Below, piece after piece: positions 12,701 to 24,100 of a DNA stretch of 64,000 bases; position 1 is the first letter of the stretch, and the number at the start of each line of letters is the position of its first letter. The notes beneath the pieces are model-generated. The model did no database searches, had not been told where the DNA came from, and saw only the letters and a program-made list of their open reading frames with translations. Origin of the DNA: Macrostomum lignano (Eukaryota); the NCBI GenBank assembly GCA_002269645.1, contig NIVC01002120.1:139788-203787 (forward strand), in the 5' to 3' direction. A program made the translations under genes and the position numbers.

Positions 12701-15700
12701 CCCCAACCCTTCCCTGTCAGCCACCCCAACCCCTCCCAGTCAGCCACCCCAACCCCCCCAGTCAGCCACCCCAACCCTTCTCAGTCAGCCACTCCAGCCC
12801 TTCCCAGTCAGCCACCCCAGCCCCTCCCAGTCAGCCACCCAGCCCCTCCCAGTCAGGCTAAATCCAGTCGGTGCAGACACCTGAGAGCCAGTCAGTCTAA
12901 GCCATCTGATCAGTTTACACCTTGATTTTGTTCCTGACAATTCCCTGAACTCGCAGTTGCCCATGTGATCGAAGCAGTCTTTTAAAAACAATTGGGGATC
13001 GCAGCAGCCGCAGAGGGAATATCGACCCGCTGGGGGGGGGGGGTTTAGACACCCCCTGCGGATGCCGAGCCAAATGAGACAGGGGATTAGAGTAAAGCCG
13101 GCTGGGACAGAGAAGATTATTGGCAGTCTAAAGTGGCTATCTTGATCTCAGGCCGCCAAGCAAGACTGCAGCTTAAGTATCGCTGCTAAGACAGCCCCGC
13201 AAGGAGGAAAGAAGAAGTTTGGAAAGCCAGAGACGACAACAGCAAGGCAAGCCTGCAGTGTCTTCTCCCTATTCTCCTGTAGAGTAAAAGTCCAGCTGTG
13301 CTGGGGGCTCAGCCAGCACCTCGCATGCGATTGCAATAAAAAAGCTGGCACCGCAGCGGCTCCAGCTGCTGGGTTTTTGCCGCGGCCGGCCGGCTGCGTG
13401 ACTCGCAGCGGATGGCGTCCCCAGGTTTTTTGCCGCCAGCCTGTCAGCCCGCCAGCCTCTCCGTGTGGAGGCAAACAGCCAGAATGAAAAACCTGCCAGG
13501 TCGGCAAGCCTACAGAGAGTCCCCTGGCGGAGAATTCCCATGACTCAAACCCGCTGGCTCCAGTTGGGACGCGGAGGCGTTGAAATTCGATTCAATGAAG
13601 TGTCACTTAAACCGGGGATTTAAAAACTCCAGAGGGCTTTGGCGACAACAAGCAAGAGCTGCTCGCTCTGCTTTGATTTTGGATTCTTGGAAAAACAACA
13701 GCTCACTGTGAACTCTGGTGAGATTCTATTGTGAGACTGAAAGTCTGGATTTACAGTATCTGCCGATTCTCAAGCTCAACCTCACTCACAATGAGTTCTG
13801 AACCCCATGGGATCTGGAGGGGAAATCCAAGTAGCTCAAACGCCGAGGCTCACCGCCACTGTCTATGGCAAAGAGCCGGCTCCCTCCGAGAATCTTGTAG
13901 TCAGCGACGGCGTCGGGATCAGTCACGTCGTCGGCCGCGGCCACCACCTGTCCCACCGACTGTCCGGCCGGGAGCCCCTCGGCCACCTCGAAGTCGTAGG
14001 CAGGGCGCGCGAACTGCAGCAGCAGCGACGCCTCGGCCGAGAGAGGGGCCGGCCGCCCGGCTGTCACCAGGACGAGCAGGTAGAGAACGGACTCGCGCGG
14101 CGCCGGCCTGCCGTGGTCGAAGGCCACCGCAAACAGCCGGTAGGGCGCGGCCGCCGCAGTCAGGCAGCGACGAAGCCGAAGGCAGCCGGTACGCCGGCTG
14201 ATGGCGAAGGTCTCCAGGGCGGAGGGCAGGCCGCGCAGCCGGTAGGACACCCGGCCGTTGTCCCCGGAGTCGCCGTCAGTGGCGATCAGGGTGGTCAGCA
14301 CCGAGCCGGCGGGCAGCAGCTCTGGGATGCTCAGCGTCAGCTGGCCCGGCTGGTCGCGGTTGGTGGTGCGGAACAGCGGGCGCTGGTCATTGACGTCGTC
14401 GAGTTCAACGCGAAGGTTTAGCTGGGCGTCGAGCGGCGGCTGGCCGCCGTCCTCGGCGAGCAGCGTTAGCTCCAACGCTGCGACACCACCGGCGGCAGCC
14501 CGCAGTCCTCCAGCGCCGACTTGCAGCCGTCCAGTTGTCGAGTTCAACTCAAAGGCGGCGGCGATGGCGGCATCCACGGGGTCGGCGAACCGATAGCTGA
14601 CCGTGCCGTTGGCGCCGGCGTCCGGGTCAGCGGCTTTCAAAGCGTAGACTTCGGCGCCGGGCGGGGCGTCCTCTGCTAGGGTGACGAGCGCTGCCGCGTG
14701 GGCTTCGGCGAAGACCGGCGGGTTGTCGTTGACGTCAGCCAGGCGGACGAGGGCGCGCAGCGGAGGGCCGGAGCACAGCGGCGGCCGTCCGCGGTCGCAG
14801 ACGCTGAGCAGCAGCCGGTGCTCGGCCCGGCGCTCGCGGTCGAGTAGAGCGGACGTTGTTAGCGCGAAGTACCGACGGCGGCGCGAGCCGAGCTCCACGA
14901 CGGTGGCGGCAAAGGAGCTCCCAGACTGGGAGTCGGGCTCCTCAACGACCGCGCGGAGAAGGCCGTTGTACCTGAGGAGTCAAATTTGATGGTGGTGGGG
15001 GGGAAATATCAAATTAGCGATACTTTTCATTCATTTCATTTCCATCTATGTTAGGACATTCGTAATTTTAAAAACATCTACTATATCAACTCATTTTTTC
15101 TAAGAAAGATAAGAAACTAGATGAAGCATATATTGAAAGATGATGAAGAGTTCCTATCTTGCAAGTGAAGTCTCCAGACACGGACAGCTGCCAGCACAGA
15201 CAGACAGACACACCAGTCTCCAGACACAAACAGCTGCCAGCAAAGACAGACACACCAGTCTCCAGACACAAACAGCTGCCAGCACAGACAGACACACCAG
15301 TCTCCAGACACAAACAGCTGCCAGCACAGACAGACACACCAGTCTCCAGACACAAACAGCTGCCAGCAAAGACAGACACACCAGTCTCCAGACACAAACA
15401 GCTGCCAGCACAGACAGACACACCAGTCTCCAGACACAAACAGCTGCCAGCACAGACAGACACACCAGTCTCCAGACACAAACAGCTGCCAGCAAAGACA
15501 GACACACCAGTCTCCAGACACAAACAGCTGCCAGCAAAGACAGACACACCAGTCTCCAGACACAAACAGCTGCCAGCACAGACAGACACACCAGTCTCCA
15601 GACACAAACAGCTGCCAGCAAAGACAGACACACCAGTCTCCAGACACGGACAGCTGCCAGCACAGACAGACACACCAGTCTCCAGGCACGGACAGCTGCC

Positions 15701-18313
15701 AGCACAGACAGACACACCAGTCTCCAGACACAAACAGCTGCCAGCACAGACAGACACACCAGTCTCCAGACACAAACAGCTGCCAGCACAGACAGACACA
15801 CCAGTCTCCAGACACGGACAGCTGCCAGCACAGACAGACACACCAGTCTCCAGACACAAACAGCTGCCAGCACAGACAGACACACCAGTCTCCAGACACG
15901 GACAGCTGCCAGCACAGACAGACACACCAGTCTCCAGACATGGACAGCTGCCAGCACAGACAGACACACCAGTCTCCAGACGCAAGCAGCTGCCAGCACT
16001 GACAGACACACCAGTCTCCAGACACGGACAGCTGCCAGCACAGACAGACACACCAGTCTCCAGACGCAAACAGCTGCCAGCACTGACAGACACACCAGTC
16101 TCCAGGGTCCGGGTCTTCAGCCGCTAATGTCGCCACGTGAGTCCCAACCGGGGCGTCCTCCGGCACTGTCAGCAGAGTCGCGTCTGCTTCATCTGTCAGC
16201 CACGTCAACCTCGGCGATCGGTTGGCGGTGAGGAAGCCGTCGGGGAAGAGCTCGGCCTGCTGGGCCGCCTGCAGCTCCGCCAGGGCTCGGCGGTGGCTGC
16301 TCCGGGCCCGCCGGTTCGCATCCGCCACGGCTGACGGCGACGTCTCTCGGCTGGTGCTAGGCTGGCAGCTCCGCTGAAGGTGAACGCCGTCGCCGCTGTG
16401 GCCGCCGTCAGCACCGACGATGTGGAAGGTGATAGGCAGCGGCGGCGACTCCAGGCCGCCTTCGTCCCGCGCCACCAGCGAGAGCGTCAGCGTCAGCGGC
16501 TCCAGCAGCTGGCCAGGCGCCCGGCCGAAGGCAGCCGGGAATTGGCTCTCCAGCCGGCAGGCGAGCCGCAGCTCCCCGGAGCCGAGGGGCGACGCCAAGG
16601 CAAAGCAGCCGCGCGTCGCGTCGTCGCGAACCCGATAGGCCAGCGGGCCGGGCGGCGCGTCCAGGTCCACGGCGTCCAGCCGGCCGGTGCTGAAGCCGCC
16701 GCCGCCGACCACAACGCGGAAGGCGCAGGCGGAGAAATCAAAGCGCGGCGCGAACTCGTTGACGGGCGCCACTGAGACGGAGTACAACGCCAGCGACTCG
16801 CGCGGGAACGGCCGGCCGTCGTCGATTGCGCGGATTCGCAGGGTGAACTCCGAAGCCTGAGTTTCGCTGTCCAGCGGTTGTCTGAGCAGCAGTCTGCGGC
16901 CCTCCAGGATGAACGGCTGAACTTGATTTTCGTCGGTTTCCATGACAACAGCCACCGAGTCGCCGTCCGGATCTACGGCATCCACATCGAGGACGACGGC
17001 GCCAACCTGCGCGGCCTCGGTGAGGACAACTGTGGTGCGGTTGTTGCGCACAACCGGCTCGAACTCGTTCAGCGGTGCGTCAGCCGCGAAGTCCTCAAAA
17101 TGCGCAGCCCCCTCGACCAGCGGCGGCGCGGCAGAAGGCGCAGCTTCGTCTGGCGGCCGCAGCCTCGGGTTTGTCGGGTCCAGCAGAAAGCTGACCTCGC
17201 GCCTGGCCGCGCGGCGCCGATTCCAGGTTGAGTTGCCCGTGAGAATGACGGCCCGGACCGTCAGCGGCCCGTCTGACGGCCTCAGGTCGCGCGCCAGCGT
17301 CACATCAATAGCACCGTCGCCGGCCGCAACTGGCGCCGCGTCGAACACGGCGGAGGCCGGCCAGAGCAGCTGCACATCGGCGATGGCGACCGGACGGCGA
17401 GGCAGCAGGCGGGCGCAGACGGCGCCAGCACGACCCCAGCTGTCGATGTGGCTTGGGCTGACCACGTCAAAGTTGGGGGCGTCAGCGCCGGCCGTCGCAA
17501 CGGCGACATGCACGGTTACGGCGGCGGACTGGAAGCTCAGAGAGGCGCGCGGGGAGCAGGGCTCGCGGCTGAGCCGGCGCAGGAGCACCCGGAGACGCCA
17601 GCGGCCGGGCTGGGGCCGGCCGGTCAGCAGCAGCGCCCCGGAGTGCGGCTCCAGGCCCAGCCAGTGCGGCAACGGCCGCTGCTGCGGGTCGCCCGAGAGC
17701 TCCAAGGCAAAGGCGCCGGCGGTGCTGTTGGCGTCAATCTCGTCGCCGGCTGCCTCTGGACGGCGCCCGATGTCAACCGGCACGACGCCGACAAGAATCG
17801 GCCGGCCGTCCGAGTCGGCATCGGCGTCGGCCGGGACGGTGAAGGCAAAGGTGTCGGCGAGGAGACGCGGGCATGGCGGTGGCCGGGCGCCTGGGACAGC
17901 GACACCCAGATGGTGCACACGGCGTTGCCCTGCAGCCCTGCGGCCCGGGCCACCACTGGCAGCTTCAGCTCGCCGCCGATGCGGCCGCTGAAGGCGGCTC
18001 GATGCCGAACTCTCGCGAAAACCAAACCGCCGGCCACAATGGAGTCGACGTCAAACTGCTTGGCGAGGCCGGTGTCGGGAATGGTGAAGGCGACTCTGTT
18101 GGCCGGTGCACCGGCCGCCAGCCGCACTGGGCCATCGAGCAGCAGCAGCGGCCTCGGCGGCTTCGAGGCGTGGAGCTCTTCGTCGGCGCTGACGAAGGCG
18201 ACGGCCGAGTAGGCGGGGCTGGTGAATTGAAGCTCGGCCTGTTTCGAGTTTGAGCAGCGGAGCAACGCGAGTAGCAGCAGCAGCAGCAGCAGAGGTGCTT
18301 CAGCATGTTGCAT
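1..18313 (-). CDS. Fat-like protocadherin gene (probably FAT1-3/kugelei type), multi-exon, 3' part outside the window
   Basis: Signal peptide (MQHAEAPLLLLLLLLALL) followed by successive cadherin repeats (DRE, DxNDNxPxF, AxDxDxGxNG, DxGxP). Exons joined by GT-AG with consistent phases: 18313-16096, 14971-13854, 11059-10742, 8360-8136, about 6551-6060, 5899-5763, 5255-4697, 714-<1. Subfamily assignment is from recalled domain layout, not a search. Confidence 0.9.
771..1080. repeat. 22-bp minisatellite (CTGAAGCTCGAATCCCACCTCA)n
   Basis: Direct reading; lies in cadherin intron 7 near the acceptor. Confidence 0.95.
1655..1900. repeat. 12-bp repeat (CATTCCCCATCT)n
   Basis: Direct reading. Confidence 0.9.
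2185..2880. repeat. About 11-bp repeat (GTTCCTGTTCT)n
   Basis: Direct reading; source of several spurious ORFs. Confidence 0.95.
3545..4700. repeat. 17-21-bp minisatellite, sense unit TCAG|GTGAGACTGAGAG
   Basis: Begins at the exon 7 donor and contains it. Confidence 0.95.
4697..5255 (-). CDS. Fat-like cadherin exon 7
   Basis: Acceptor ccccacag|CTT GAG. Encodes PQFSLPKYELEVSE, AVDPDP, LDFE, LDANEAAP. Donor TCA G|GTGAGA. Confidence 0.88.
5295..5757. repeat. About 35-bp minisatellite family (CCTCATCCATTCAGAGCCTCAGCATCAGCTCCAAG and a variant unit)
   Basis: Fills most of cadherin intron 6, in two sub-arrays. Confidence 0.9.
5763..5899 (-). CDS. Fat-like cadherin exon 6
   Basis: Acceptor ctttcag|GC GCC GGC. 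Encodes GRLTVARRLN...YRLRLVGFDG. Donor ACG|GTGAGG (phase 0). Confidence 0.8.
6060..6551 (-). CDS. Fat-like cadherin exon 5
   Basis: Encodes GRLAAADPDSDPDNSAIAFSL, AVDPGRPEYSASANVQVTL, LPEDALPG. Donor ACT G|GTAGGA. The acceptor is uncertain: cacag at 6552, or an in-phase ccaccag about 45 nt downstream. Confidence 0.75.
6982..7565. repeat. Imperfect tandem duplication, period about 316 bp
   Basis: GTCTATCTGATATTTAGAAGGGGTTAAG at 6982 and 7298, colinear for about 270 bp. Confidence 0.85.
8136..8360 (-). CDS. Fat-like cadherin exon 4
   Basis: Acceptor cctgcag|GA CGC CTG. Encodes IDRE, TDQGSP, LDINDSPPSF. Donor GGA T|GTGAGC. Confidence 0.85.
8456..8795. repeat. 23-bp minisatellite (CATGTACAGGAACACAGCCACCG)n
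   Basis: Direct reading. Confidence 0.95.
9507..10717. repeat. 13-bp G-rich minisatellite (TGTGGGGTCAGGG)n
   Basis: Direct reading; starts about 22 nt after the exon 3 donor. Confidence 0.95.
10742..11059 (-). CDS. Fat-like cadherin exon 3
   Basis: Acceptor ccgcag|GC GAG ATT. Encodes LDRE, LDVNDCRP, EDCDSDPANG. Donor ACT G|GTGAGT. 318 nt, phase 1-1. Confidence 0.88.
11120..12857. repeat. 22-23-bp C-rich minisatellite (CAGCCACCCCAACCCTTCCCAGT)n
   Basis: Direct reading, with higher-order block duplications; ends about 60 nt before the exon 3 acceptor. Confidence 0.95.
13854..14971 (-). CDS. Fat-like cadherin exon 2
   Basis: Acceptor ctcctcag|G TAC AAC GGC. Encodes LLDRE, DVNDNPPVF, AADPDAGANG, DDVNDQRPLF. 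Donor GGC G|GTGAGC. Confidence 0.9.
15171..16104. repeat. 42-bp minisatellite (about 22 units), sense unit GGAGACTG|GTGTGTCTGTCTGTGCTGGCAGCTGTTTGTGTCT
   Basis: Period 42 (CACCAG at 15211 and 15253); starts at the end of exon 1. Confidence 0.95.
16096..18313 (-). CDS. Fat-like cadherin exon 1 (1-nt frameshift near 17870)
   Basis: ORF 17624-18313 (signal peptide, LQFTSPAYSA) continues in ORF 15117-17918. Restoring one C at 17869-17871 gives HRHAPRLLADTF. Ends EDPDPGDW at the TG|GTGTGT donor (phase 2). Confidence 0.8.
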
Positions 18314-20924
18314 TGCTTCACCTGCGTATTGTGTTGCAGATTTTGGATTTTATATTTTTTAAAAACATATTTGCATTTCAAGAAACTCAATTACGTAATT
18401 TTAATGAAGAGGAAGGCTAGTTAGATTATTGATATTAACTGTGTTGTCTTTGACGAGAGGCTTTCAGATATTTTATTTTGGCTTTAAGAAAAGTGTAAAA
18501 ATAAATTGAAATTTACTGTTTTAAATACCACAAATTAAATCTAATGTAAAAACATGGCAATAGAAAAATAATTAAAGTAAATGTTTAAAAGAAAGAAATA
18601 ATTAATTACATTTTGCCTTCAGTAGTTTTTAAAAGCTCTTTAGAGCATATGTGACTGTAGAAATAGAAAATTTATTTTTGGCTTATGGGTGGCAGAACAT
18701 TATATTTTCTAAGTGTAGGTTAATTCATGAAAATTATCACTAGGCATTAATTAAAAACAGGGAAAGAAACCTGAAAATTAAACTAATGATAAAGAAAAGT
18801 TTAGCCAATCATTATATAAATTATTTTTCTGATATACAGGAAGTTGATATGAATTAATTAGTATAAAAAACAAACAAGACTTCGTATCTTTTCAAAACTT
18901 GTTAAATACAACTTACTTGTACCTCCGTAATTTCTTCATTCCATTTCATTTAATGGTCTTTAATGCATGTACGAGTCGAAAAATATAAGCGCTTCTTCGT
19001 TTGTCACTACTTTTGTGACAAAAAAGGAAAAGCTGCCGAATCGGCGAGTGCGTTAAAAAGTATTTGCTGAATAATATAATATATCAGTCACGTTTTCTCG
19101 ATTGGGATCATAATTTAAAATATTATCGTGAAGCAACATTGTTAGAAAAACAAAATAAAAAGTTAAACTGTTAAAATAATAAAGTTGCTAGTATATATAC
19201 CCTTCGCTGCAAATAGGAGTTCGAAATAAAATGCTAAACTGCCCCAAAGCTAAATTAATTTTTTGTTATCCACATTTCGTACGATTAGATAACGTTTTAG
19301 GATACAGCCATTTAGATTTTTTTCTACGTAGCTACCGAACAAATTTTGATATTTCACATATTTTAAACGCTGTACGGTTCACTCACGATTTTTTAAAAAG
19401 GAACATATATGAACGTATTTAGTTTGGACCTGTTTGGTTTCCAATCAAAGAGCATTCCTTCACTGTTACGTATTATCGATTTTTTAGAAGTTACGATAGA
19501 AAAACGCTGATTTTTAGCGTTTTTTAGCGCGCTGATTTAATGCTCTTATAGTCTATATGATACTAATATCACAATAGACTTTAGAAACACCAAATTCCAG
19601 ATCACATGGAATACTCGTATAAACTGAACTTCACAATGCTTTGGCATAATGTACCTGCATGATTGACAGTCACTGTTCTAGAGCGTACATGTACATGTAC
19701 TACTAAATGATGAGCCTGCTTTACTTCGATAGTGTGGCTGGCTGCCTCGACTGGCAAGTCCAGCGCGTACTAACCGCGGCCCTCTCTCCTCAGGTCAAGG
19801 CAAAATTAGATCGTTCATGTAGTTTATCATAAATGTAGAGGGCTTTTAATGCCCGGCGATTAATAAAAATTAACAAGCCAAAAACACGCGAAGCCATTAT
19901 AGAATTATAATTAACAAATATAGACAATTTGTAAGGCAAAAACTGCCCTTAAAGGCTAAGCCAAAGTCGCAGCATATCATGGAAGATAAAATAAAGTTTA
20001 ATAAATGATTTAAATAAATATATTTATTAATAAACTCATAGGCAGTTCACAAATCGCACCAGGAATGCAAAACGCGTCAGACGAACCGAAAAAACTGGAG
20101 AGTTTTGATTAAAATAGGCAACAGTTAGCAGATTGGCATACTGGTGGATGAGCTAATCAGCGGATTTAAATAAATAATAAAGCAGTGCAGGTTGGGAGCT
20201 GTAAAACTGTATGTAAAGCTGTAATTCAAGAACACAGCAGGACACAAGGGAAGTGATGGATCTTCAGCAGCTTCAGGCCTTGGGGAGTCTCAGTGAACTC
20301 CAATATTAATATCAGGCAGGTGTGCACAGGAAAGTGAAATATGAGCTAACGGTATTTACTTATATACTACTAAAAGTAACAGTATGTACACAATACACAA
20401 ATGTACAAGTTCAAATGTACGGAAGCCAGCAAGGTCAGCGCCAGTGTCGGACAGACAAAACAGATGTTTCTAAAAAAGCTTGTACTTAAAAAACACCCAA
20501 GGAAGCGCAGGGGCTCAAAAACTGCCTGTGCGCGCCGTGGCAGCGATGGGCAAATAAGACGGCTGTCAAGAAAGCTCACGAATAAACAATTTTAATGAAC
20601 AAAAAATAAATAAGTAGAAAACAATAAAAGTCAGCACGCGGACTGTCGTTGACATGAGCGGAGAGTTCAAAGACAAATTTTGGCCAGCCAGAGAGCGCCT
20701 GAGGGAGAACTGCGATTCGGGAATAACGTGTGTGGGGATAAATGAACAGAGCTTGGGATAAGAGAGATTGTGCACTCACGCACAAAATTATCAAGGTTGA
20801 ACAAAATTTAAGAGTAAAAAATATACAAAACATACTACTGAACTCGATGAGGGCCAGTAATCGGGATCGACTCAACTCCAGTTTGCAAAATTTTGATAAT
20901 AACAAATTAATCTAATCTGGGATC

Positions 20925-21140
20925 GGATCAGAGCTGGGATCAGAGGTGGGATCAGGTGGGATGAGAGATGGGATCAGAGGTGGGATCAGAGGTGGGATAA
21001 GAGATGGGATCAGAGGTGGGATTAGAGGTGGGATGAGAGATGGGATCAGAGGTGGGATGAGAGCTGGGATCAGAGCTGGGATCAGAGCTGAGATCAGAGC
21101 TGGGATCAGAGAGGGGATCAGAGAGGGAATCAGAGAGGGG
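20925..21140. repeat. 12-bp repeat (GGGATCAGAGGT)n just downstream of the DGK stop codon
   Basis: Direct reading. Confidence 0.9.
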
Positions 21141-21161
21141 AGCAGAACTCGTGAACTGGGA

Positions 21162-24100
21162 TCATTCTTCGCTGCCGCCGCCACGATGGCAGAGCAGGCG
21201 GCGGAGGCCGGACGGCCGGGCGGGCGGTGGGGCGGCCAGCACAGCGGCCTGGCCGGCGCGGCAGATGCTGACGGTGCCAGCGGGCTGCTGCCAGGGCTCG
21301 CCGTCGATCTGCATGGCAAAGCTCCGCCTCGTGCGGATGACGATCTCCGAGCACTGCGCCAGCCTGCGGCCGGAGCTGGGGAAGCCGCCGGCCACCAGGC
21401 CAGCGTGGACGGCGCCTTTTAAAGCCACGACTTCCAGCAGGCCGTCGCCCATGTCCTGCCTGGCGAACTGGCGGTGGCCGGGCCTGTCGGACCAGAGGCT
21501 GCGGCCACCGTACACCGAGGCGATGTTCAGCACGGCGACGCCTTCAAGCGGCGGCCCGTCGGCCAGGTTCAGCACGCGGCCGTCGCAGACGATGTCTAAG
21601 TCGCGGTGGAGGTTCTTGCAGGTGGCGCCGAGCAGCTCGGAGGCGCCGATGCCGGCATAGTAGATCTTGTTCCGCAGCCGCGAGTTGAACTGCTTCGGGT
21701 GGCGCTCCCGGCTGAGGTGCCACCGGCGGGCGATGGCCGCGTCCACCCCGATGCTGAAGTAGTTGTTCACGATGCCCACGGGCGGCCGGCCGGACTCCGC
21801 CGCCTGCTGGGCGTCCCCGCCGGCCGGCTCGGTCGAGAAGTCGATGCGCCAGCGGTCCAACCGGACGGCGGTGCCGGCGGCAACTCGCTGTAGGATGCCT
21901 TCCAACGGCTCGCCTTCGTAGCCGCCGCCCCAGCCGAGGCAGCGGGCGAGGTCGTTGCCGGTGCCCAGCGGCAGCACCGCCACAGGGGGCCGGTCGCAAG
22001 GCCAGTCGAAGGTGTCCATCGCCTCCAGCAGCCAGCCAGCGGTGCCGTCACCGCCGCAGACCAGCACGCGGAATTGCTGCAGCTGGTGAAACAGCCTGAG
22101 GCCGCGCTGGTAGCCATTTCGGGGAAAGGGTGGCACAATGCTGAATTGTCCCCCGATGGCGAATCCACCTTGTTACTATTTTAGACCACTATCTGAGGAA
22201 AAACCATTTTCATATCGCACTTATCACAGCGAATTGTGAATCCTGTTCTATTTTTAGACCGCATACTATGGTGAATCCCGTTTGTTTTTATTTTTAGACC
22301 ACACACAATATGGTAAATCCTGTTTCTATTTTTAAACCGTATACTATGGTGAATCCTGCTTGTTTCTATTTTTAGACTGCATACTATGGTGAAGCCTGTT
22401 TGTTTCTATTTTTAGACCGCATACAATGGTGAATCCCATTTGTTCCTATATTTAGACCACACATAAGATTGCCTGGCAATGCTGCAGCAGCTCACCATGG
22501 GGCCGCCATCGCTGATCAGGTCGTACACCTGCCTGGGGTTCAGCAGGTAGCGCAGCCTGCGCAGCACCCGGGCACCCTGCCGGCCGCCAGATTTCGGATT
22601 GACGAAGGCCAGCACTGGCACGCAGTCGGGCGGCGGCACCAAGCGGAGGGTCAGGGAGGTCGGCCGGCCGTCCAGCACGGCAGGATACAGGGCGCCTGGC
22701 GGCAGGAGCTGTTGGCGGAGTGGGCCGAGGTCGCAGGCCTGGTCGGCCCATTGCTCGGCGCAGCGGCCGTGCAGGCAGACTTGGCACCAGCGGCAGCGCA
22801 GGTTGGCGAGGCTGCGGCCCAAAGTCCGGCGGCACCTGCCGCAGCGGGCGCCAGCGCAGTTGCCCTCCGTCCAGTGGTGCTGCGGCTGCTGGCAGTCCCG
22901 GTGCTGCTGAGGCCCGGACTTCGCGTAGGTGGCGATGCAGGAGGCCGGCGCCCTGACCAGGCACTTGTCGTGAACAGTGTAGCGGCACAGCATGCAGCGC
23001 AGGCCCTGCAGTTGAAATCGGCATGATAGACTTCGACTGGCATGATTATGGAGCTGCCTAATTGCGTAATTCAATAACATAGGTGTTGCGAATTGCATAC
23101 AATACTACTGACAGTATGTACACGACTGATATTAGCATAGGCAGCAAAAATTGATTACACCTGACCTAAGGTGCAGATGTGCAACCGACAGCTCAATTAC
23201 GCAAATTGTTCCAGTGGCATCGGGAATCGAACCCCCGACCTTTCAGTCGTGAGCCCAACGCTTTAAACACTAGGCTACAACCCCCAGATAGCCAGCAGGC
23301 GCACAACTAACCAGCTTGTTCAGGCCAGTCAGCTGCCTCTGGCACGCATTGCAGTGCCGACCCTTCACGAACCGCCGCAGCCGCCATTCGTGGCTGCTGT
23401 CATCTTTAACGCTGGCGTCCAGACCGAGCAGCGGCAGGATCGGCACTGAGGAGGCGCCGCCGCGGAGCCAGTCGGCCAGGCTGAGCCGGCCGTCACCGTC
23501 GGAGTCCAGCCGCCACATCAGGTCTGTCAGGATCTGCGGATGCACAGGTTGCAGAGCTTCGGACTTATAAAATAAACTGTCTCAGGTTAAATAAATAATG
23601 GCTGCAGGTACAGTCAGATACAGGTGAGTCAGCTGCACGTTCGGACAGGTACAGGTGAGTCAGCTGCAGGTACAGACAGATACAGGTGAGTCAGCTGCCG
23701 GTACAGACAGATACAGGTGAGTCAGCTGCAGGTACAGTCAGATACAGGTGAGTCAGCTGCAGGTACAGTCAGATACAGGTGAGTCAGCTGCAGGTACAGA
23801 CAGATACAGGTGAGTCAGCTGCAGGTACAGACAGATACAGGTGAGTCAGCTGCAGGTACAGTCAGATACAGGTGAGTCAGCTGCAGGTACAGTCAGATAC
23901 AGGTGAGTCAGCTGCAGGTACAGACAGATACAGGTGAGTCAGCTGCAGGTACAGACAGATACAGGTGTGTCAGCTGCAGGTACAGACAGATACAGGTGAG
24001 TCAGCTGCAGATACAGTCAGATACAGGTGAGTCAGCTGCAGGTACAGACAGATACAGGTGAGTCAGCTGCCGGTACAGACAGATACAGGTGAGTCAGCTG

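Noticed and set aside
23210-23285. Functional tRNA-Val gene
   Set aside because: The acceptor, D and anticodon stems contain multiple mismatches.
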